A stretch of DNA of 63,793 bases, the filler included, from Hausera hauseri (lineage: Eukaryota), in the NCBI GenBank assembly GCA_046269625.1. It is 11 parts of 11 records of this genome, joined end to end, with 100 filler letters (N's around TTAATTAATTAA, not from the genome) between each part and the next. Parts side by side here need not be neighbours in the genome. Positions count along the whole stretch, not along the records: positions 54,895 to 59,585 come from JBJURY010474243.1; positions 59,686 to 63,793 come from JBJURY010757764.1; 9 more parts are not named here. The stretch is one strand, 5' to 3'. Below the pieces are notes generated by a model. It saw only the letters and a program-made list of their open reading frames with translations, was not told where the DNA came from and ran no database searches. Each line of letters opens with the position of its first letter. The first letter of the stretch is position 1. Below, piece by piece: positions 56,414 through 63,793 of this stretch. The translations under genes and the position numbers were made by a program.

Positions 56414-57932
56414 TCCCGCACTTGAAAAAGTCAGCAGTCAAGTATGAAATTGACATATTTTGGTATAATTATACAGATACAATACAATCGAATGATGGTA
56501 TGCAGTGTTATATAATAAATGAGTATTTTGTGGCATTACCCTTCATACGGATCACCATTCGAACTCATTTTGGCATGGAGTCATTATACATAAACACAAA
56601 GACACGCATGTCAAGCTTATGGAGGAAGAGAGAGTGTGTGCATGTGTGTTAAAGTATAACCAAATTCAAGAAAACAAAAATAAAGTGCTTACTCACGCAG
56701 TGTGTGTAAGTGTTAACGTGTTAAACGAAATTCAAAAAGACTGATTATTCATGAAAACAAAGCATTCACACTATTGCGTCATGTCATTGAAGTACACAAG
56801 CTGTTCATTTTTATTTACAATGTATCACCGTAAGGAGCTTACTGACTTCGAGAAGGGCGTCAACTATGGCTGTTATTTGTCGGGAAAGAGCCTGAGTGAA
56901 ACGGTCAACCTGACAGGTCATCCCAAGGTACAATCGACAAGTTCCTCAGAAATTATCGGCAGCAGGGACGCATGTGAATAAGCCACAATCAGGTCGTCTA
57001 AGAATACTTACCAGTCGTGCAGAAAGACAACTTAAAAGACTGGTGACAGCACATCGTCACGCAACGTTATCAAATATAACATCTGCATTCAATGTGGGAC
57101 CTGTAAGGATTAGCACTGCCACCGCTCGGTGTGTATTGCATCGTTATGGGTTTTTCGGCAGATCCTGTTCCAGGAAGCCATTAATTACGGAGAATTACCG
57201 AAAACGTCGCCTGAGATGGTGCCTAGAAAGACAGAATTGGACTGCTGAGCAGTGGCGCTCAGTATTAGGAGTGATGCGTCGTGTTTTACGCTTTTCAAGC
57301 CTGATGTACTACAGACCTGTTTTCGGTGTGTAGGAGAGAGGTTCTACCCTAAATGAATTCGGCATACTGTTAAACATGGTGGAGGCTCAGTCATATTTTA
57401 GAGCTATTTCACAAGCAGCGAAACTGGACATCTGGTTAAATGCACCAGCCATATGACATCAACAGAATACCGCAAAATCCTGGAAAATGAGTCGGTACCC
57501 TTTCTTTCTGAAATTCTGGAACTCACTTTCCAACATGATAACTCACCCGTGCACACCTCACGTGACATGACTGCATTTTTACAGGACCATGGAATTCGGG
57601 TGTTGGATTGGGTTCCTCAAAGCCCTGACCTCAATCCTATCGAGTTCCTGTGGGATGTGGTTGGTCGCCAGGTTCGCAAAAGGTCTCCAGCTGCTCGAAA
57701 TTTGGATCAGCTGGAATGTCACCTGAGTCAGGAATGGTCACAAATCTCTCCAGAATTTCTGCTCCGGGTGGTGCAGTCCATACCAAAACGAGTTCAGATG
57801 GTGATCCGTATGAAGGGTAATGCCACAAAATACTGATTTATTATATACCATGGTTCGATTGTATTGTATCTGTATAATTATACCAAAGAATGTCAATTTC
57901 ATACTTGACTACTAACTTTTGCGAGGGCGGGG
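56414..57932 (+). mobile_element. Tc1-like DNA transposon with ~80-90-bp TIRs
   Basis: 56414-56492 is inverted relative to 57854-57932; encloses a transposase. Confidence 0.92.
56820..57836 (+). pseudogene. Tc1 DD34E transposase, frameshifted
   Basis: ELTDFEKG, SGRLR, RKPLI, FQHDNSPVH..SPDLNPIEFLW (34 residues between D and E). Confidence 0.93.
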
Positions 57933-58099
57933 AAAGTAGTATGTGTAGAGAACGTTACTGACAACAGATTCAATTTACTTTTAGAAGTTTCTAAAATGTA
58001 TTAAACATTTTGTTGCCATAAAATTTGGTCTGGTGATTGAATAGTCAAAGAAATGAAAACTTTTTAGAAAGAATTTTCAATTGCCTTAGGTAAATAAAT

Positions 58100-59585
58100 T
58101 GTAGGACGTTCGGAAATATGAAGTTATTGACATTTAGTTTTCGAGAAACATCGTATATATACAGATGTTAAACTGAACGTCTTTTTACGGCCATCTTTAA
58201 ACTCGATTCGGTAACACTTATCATGAATTTTTTTACTATTTCTCCTGGTGCTTTAAATCGATTATCGCTTTCTGTCGAAAATCTGTCTTTACCATTACGT
58301 TGTCCCAACCTTAAAGTTTCTTGTAGTCCAAGCAGTTTGCTGTTTGATTCAGTTCATTAAGTCGTGTTTTAATCCTGTCCGAACTTTCATCATATTCTCA
58401 AACTCATCATTTCCTGCATCTATTTTTATGGCTTTAATTCCGACGTTTTTTATTTCCTGACCAAAAATTATTTCTGCATAGCTACATACCAACATCTTTT
58501 GTTTTGTGGAGTTTAAAACGAATTCAATTTCTGGTACGAGATCAGCCAAACGTTTTTTGTATTCTCATTTAAACATATTTGTATATAATTTCTGATGGTG
58601 CGGAATTGTCTCTCTATTAGTCCGTTGGTGATACAGACTAGAGTACTAAATTTCAAATCCATGTTCAGTCGCGCAGTCCCTGAGTAGTTTCGATTTAAAT
58701 GTCTTTCCTCCATCACACTGTGCTGTTTCCGGAGCTCCAAATTTCAAAGTCCACTATGGTATCAACGTCTGTACTAATACCTATTCATCTTGATGTGACA
58801 CGCTCCGCTCCGGACTCATCTTCCTGTGATAACTCAGCTCCAATGGAATCAAAGCTCGCATCAGTATACAATATAAATTCTTTCCGGAAGTTCTGGAATT
58901 ATAGACCTTTTTTAGAACGTTAAATGCCCTTTCACAGTCATTTGACCCGATTAACTTTTCTTTATTACTTCCGCAGAGACTTTTTAGTATTGGAGAATAT
59001 TTTATAGCAACCCACGATTGTAATTTGTGAAGCCCAGAAAACTTCGCACATTCAATTCTTGGAACAGGCGCATCGCTTTGAGCTTGCTCTGATCCGTTCT
59101 TATTCTGTCTTTCCCTATTATATTCCCCACAAATTTTAATTCGCTTTTAAGGAAAACACACCTTTTGGACTTATTTTATACGCGCTTTTTTATACGTTGG
59201 AAAATGTGTTTAAGAGTCTCAAAATCTTCCTCTTATGTCGCGGAAAATATCAAAATACCATCCAAATAAACTACCGTTTTGCTCCATAGTAAAGGTCGGT
59301 TAAAACAACATTACCCATCATTAGTTGAAAACGCCGTCTTTAACTTTGAATCTTCATCCAGCTCCACTTGATAGTAAGCACTACACAGATCTGCAGTGCT
59401 AAAATATTTACATCCATTTTAACAATCAATCATTTTTGTAATAGTCGGAATAGTAAAGATTGGTCTAACTGTAACTTTGTTTAATTGAAGGAAGTCTAAG
59501 CATAATTTGATATCATTTTGTCTTTCTTCCATATGCATATTAACGGTGTATTCTATGGTGAGCTACATCGCTTAGTTATTAAGGG
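58100..59585 (-). pseudogene. Highly degenerate Gypsy pol (RT and integrase remnants)
   Basis: DLCSAYYQVELDEDSKLKTAFST, GFTNY, NGLIERQFRTI, EIIFG. Confidence 0.75.
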
Positions 59586-59685
59586 NNNNNNNNNNNNNNN
59601 NNNNNNNNNNNNNNNNNNNNNNNNNNNNNTTAATTAATTAANNNNNNNNNNNNNNNNNNNNNNNNNNNNNNNNNNNNNNNNNNNN

Positions 59686-60400
59686 ATGTGAAAATTTCAC
59701 AATTGATTTGAGAAAACATTTTGAACCAAAATGTTTAATGTACTATGTTGCAAATTAGCTGTATGCATCTGCAATGACATTAGAATTATCAACAGGTGAA
59801 ATAGAATGGAATGATAGATATGTGTATAAAATGGATTTAAAATATTTAGATTCTATGAAAGAACAAAAAAAATATTATCCATTTTGTCCATAGAAGATTG
59901 AACCAAAAGAAGAATGGTTTAATAATTGTCAGAAACATATAAAACCACACAATTAAAAAAGCAGAAAGTATATAAGTAAAGTAGAATATTAGATTGGTAC
60001 CTAGATCATGGAATGATTTTAGAAAAAGTTAATCGAAAATTAGTTTATAAAAATCATATAGAATTCAACATTGAATAACGAACTAAAGCAAGGAAAGATG
60101 GTGATAAATTTGGTGGTAATTTCTTTAAACTATTATATAATTCATTTTATGGCAAAACATTAGAAAATTTTAGAAATAGACAAAATATCAGGTAAACCAA
60201 TTTTTAAGCATTATAAAATATTTTTCCAGAATGCCATAGCAGTTAGCATGTTGAGAAATTCAATATATCTTGATAAATTTAATTATATCGATTTTACCTT
60301 ATTAGAATTAAGTAAATTAATAATGTAGAGATTTATTTATGATGGTGTATAGTATTTATACAAATGATGAGTGTATAATACATTTTTCCGACAGTGATAG
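59686..60400 (+). pseudogene. Protein-primed DNA polymerase B (Polinton-type) remnant
   Basis: AN*LYASAM, FFKLLYNSFYGKTLENFRNR, LLELSKLIM. Confidence 0.8.
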
Positions 60401-61779
60401 TAACTTTGTTGAGATACTTTATACATTAGAAAATATTAAAGTTCCAAATATCGCAGGAAAGATGAAAAATGAATTAATAGATGATTGTCGTCCAAACGAT
60501 AATACCGGCATTGGTAGAATAAAGAGAGTCAGGATTGATGACTTTATTTCGAAACGCAAAAAAACTCTATGAACAGTTGATATTTTGAGCACAAACAGAA
60601 ATATATCCAAATAACTGAGCAGAAAAAATCAAAAAATATCCGATAAACCAATTGTCAGTTTTGTTCTGATACTAATATTTATTTTGATCATTTGTTTTCC
60701 TTCGTATCATCCGTTGCACTAAATGAATAAGGACAGTATTACAAACTAAAATAACCGGAATAAATCACTAAAATCAAAAGGATAATATCTAAAGAAGAAA
60801 AACAAAGTTATTGAATTTTACAACAGTTTCGTAATGTCCACTTGGAATTCAAAACGTTCAAATCAATTTTCTAACAATGAACAAACACATATTTTCACTG
60901 TATAAAATCAAGTACAATTAATTTAATACCTTCATTGAAATATCTGTAACGTTTGTTAATTTGATTGATATTTGTATGGTAATTGGAATCCATTATCATT
61001 GTAAAACGAAAATGTCAAATCCACAGAAACAGTAAATACTTCAATCACTATCTAAAGATCGAAACAATTGGTGAATTGCACGAAATACTGTATTCTTACA
61101 AAACTAACTTTTTATGGTAGTAGTATTCACAAACGCATCCTATAAGAAAAGCTGTTGTTAAAACTAATGACAAATATCGAGAATCATCAGGCATAAAGCG
61201 TATTCAGTATTAGTAACAATTAAGTAATTAGTAATCAATCGTCAACTGATGGAATATTTTTCGGTGTTTACTGTTACATATGATTCTTTGGTTAATTTCA
61301 CATTTGACACTTTGAATGAGCATCTATCTCATGACAATCTGATAACGGATTGAAGAATTGGCAAATCCAAATCCCTTTGTATCGATTTGAAATTTGCAAA
61401 AACATTAAAAGTGTATTCACATAGTAGGGAAAATTTCAACGATCCGCTAACCCCTCAAGTGCAACCACATTTCAGGCACTACATCACCCACGTGGCAAAG
61501 TGAAGACTAAAGGAGAAAAATGAACGTAGAATATCGTAGGGAAAGGAAAGGCTTGTACCTATTCGATTTTGGTATGTGTCAGACGTTGGATTCCATCTAT
61601 GAACTTCTCCCTACTGTGGGTGCTAAATGTCACTTGGCCTGACCTGTTAGATGTTTCTGGCGCCTGTGGAGTTGTTTGAGGTAGATTTTGTAGATTTTTG
61701 TTGTGGATTTTGTGGTGTTTTGGGAGGATGTTCCATGAAGAGATGAAAGTGGAGAAGAAGCTAAAGAGGGAAAAAGATC

Positions 61780-63793
61780 ACGCGAAAAGGCGAAACTGGA
61801 GATGGAAGCGAATCGCGTGATGAAGATGAAGTGAGTAGTGGATGTGCCGACGATGACGGCGAAGTAGGTGGTGCAGGAGCAGTGGACGATGAAGGAAATG
61901 AAAATAACTGATTGTGACGCGATAGCGATAGCTGCAACGGATCAAAATCATTAAGGAAATTAGATAATGGCTTGAGCGGAGAAAAGTTGGAGTTAGGATT
62001 TAAAACAGGGCTGTTATCCTGGTCATCATCAACGAAGAATGCTGGCTTAAAATTAGAAATATGTACATTCTGAGGTCTGTCCTTGTGTAAAATCGTAGAG
62101 GTGTTCGAAGAAATGTCTAGTAGTTTATAAGGTCCAAAAACCAGAAGGTGATGGATCCTTCAGCCATACAAACGTGGCTGAGTATAATTCCTCTGGAATA
62201 TACGATTTGTCTTTATTTATAAGAAGGCAAAAAGTGTTTGAGTTGACATTTACAAAATGGGACTGTGCCGCACGAATAAATTTATCTTACGGACATTCAT
62301 CGAGGTTGGAGAGCTCAAATAGGGCACGAATCGGTATCTCAAAGAGAGCCTCAGCTGGACCACAATCTGCGGTAGTGAATGGCTTGTTTCCCCAACCGAA
62401 TAGGACAAGAGGAAGAATTAATGTCCAGTTCTGATTGTTGTTTGTCAAGATTTTCAAGGAAATCTTCATGGTGCGGTGAAATCTCTCAAGAAGGCAATTT
62501 GCGTGGGGATGGTACGGTGTTGTGTGGAAATGGGCTATCCCTAAGTGCGTTACCGGAGATTTGACAAAATCAGCTTCAAATTGCGGACCCTGGTTTGTTA
62601 TAATGTGATGCGGTCAACCAAAGCGGCTGATCCATATTTTGATAAAGGCATCTGCTACAGAATCAGTATTAATTGATCGAAGAGGAAAAGCTTCCAGTCA
62701 GCGAGAAGCGCGATCCGTCATAGACATGATGTATTTATAACCGTTGTCGGATGGTAAAGGGTCGACAAGATCCAAATGAACGGTGTTAAAACGAGACGTA
62801 GAAGGGAAGTGGTAAAGTGGTGGTTTGAGGTGTTTGTGGACTTTGTATTGCTGACATGATACACGTCCCTTAACCAAGACTTGTACATCTGTACGCATAG
62901 TTGGCCATGCAACGTAGCGTTGCAGTAGACGAAATGTGGCTTTCAAACCCGAATGATGAAGAGAGTGAAAATGAGTAAAAGCTGTCTTTTGTAACGATAG
63001 AGCAAGAATGATTTTTTTATTAGTCAAGTTGGATGTGTCCTAGGCGATGCCATCGATGATCTCAACAGATTTAAAAGCTTGGAGAATGTCAAATTATTGC
63101 TGATTACTTTTAAGGATTTCAGAGGAAAAAATTAGTTGAACTGTAATTGAGCTGATCGACCGCGACAGAAAGTCTGCTACTAAATTTACGGTGCCTGAAA
63201 TATACTTCATAGAAAAACTAAATGTCGACAGGTATGATATATGTCGTTCTTGTCTGGGTGATGGCTGTTTTAACGTCATGATATGAAGTAGAGGTTTATG
63301 GCCGGTTTGGATAACAAATTGACGTGATAGAAACAAATGCTTGAAATGCTTTACAGCTAGAACTATGACCATGAGTTCACGATCGAATGTTGAGTATCGG
63401 CTTTCTGGTTGCGTGAGCTTTAGGAAATAGAATTCTAACTGCTCAACGACAAAATTTTATATTTGGTGTAATATCGCACCAGTGCCTGTGATGGAGGCAT
63501 CGGTGGTTAGTATTAGTTCCGCGTTGAGTTTTGGAAGATCCAGGATTTCAACGGTTTTTAAGACCTTCACGAAGGCGATCAAATTGGATTATTAAATCAG
63601 GAGTCCAGTAGATTCATTGTCTTTTCTTCCCGGATGAGAGGTTTCCGAAAGGTGCCGTTAGTTCGGAGCAGTGTGGCACATATTTGTGTACGAAATGCAG
63701 TGTCCCTAGAAAGCTGCTCATGTCGGTAATAGTAGTTGGTAATGTCACATTTTTTAACTGTTGTAAGCGATAAGGCTGGGGGGAATGACCATC
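61780..63793 (-). pseudogene. Gypsy pol remnant (RT end, RNase H, integrase, Ser/Pro-rich tail)
   Basis: LTTDAS, YSTFDREL, GHKPL, HSLHHSG, VHLDLVDP, NQGPQFE, GPYKL. Confidence 0.88.

Overview
This window is not one locus. It is 11 unlinked eukaryotic contigs joined by artificial 100-bp spacers (44 N + TTAATTAATTAA + 44 N): 1-4597, 4698-11525, 11626-15749, 15850-20153, 20254-25948, 26049-31758, 31859-37390, 37491-41433, 41534-54794, 54895-59585 and 59686-63793. Almost everything is transposon or endogenous-virus DNA. (1) Five contigs carry pieces of an unusual Ty3/Gypsy LTR lineage in which a chuvirus-type glycoprotein sits upstream of protease-RT-RNaseH-IN. By cross-contig overlap I infer a >15 kb layout: LTR-PBS-gag-long unknown domain-glycoprotein-PR-RT-RH-IN-second signal-peptide domain-...-dead DEDDh exonuclease-RING-PPT-LTR. 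(2) Two decayed Polinton/Maverick segments with tandem penton-like genes, plus an unlinked pPolB fragment. (3) A BEL/Pao gag carrying a 76-aa ubiquitin-like domain and tandem CCCH fingers. (4) A nearly intact fish-type DIRS element. (5) Two fish-type endogenous retroviruses, one with an intact env and a leader array of 17 covarying hairpins. (6) Tc1/mariner, RTE and Gypsy remnants. All family assignments come from motif recognition by eye; no database search was run.
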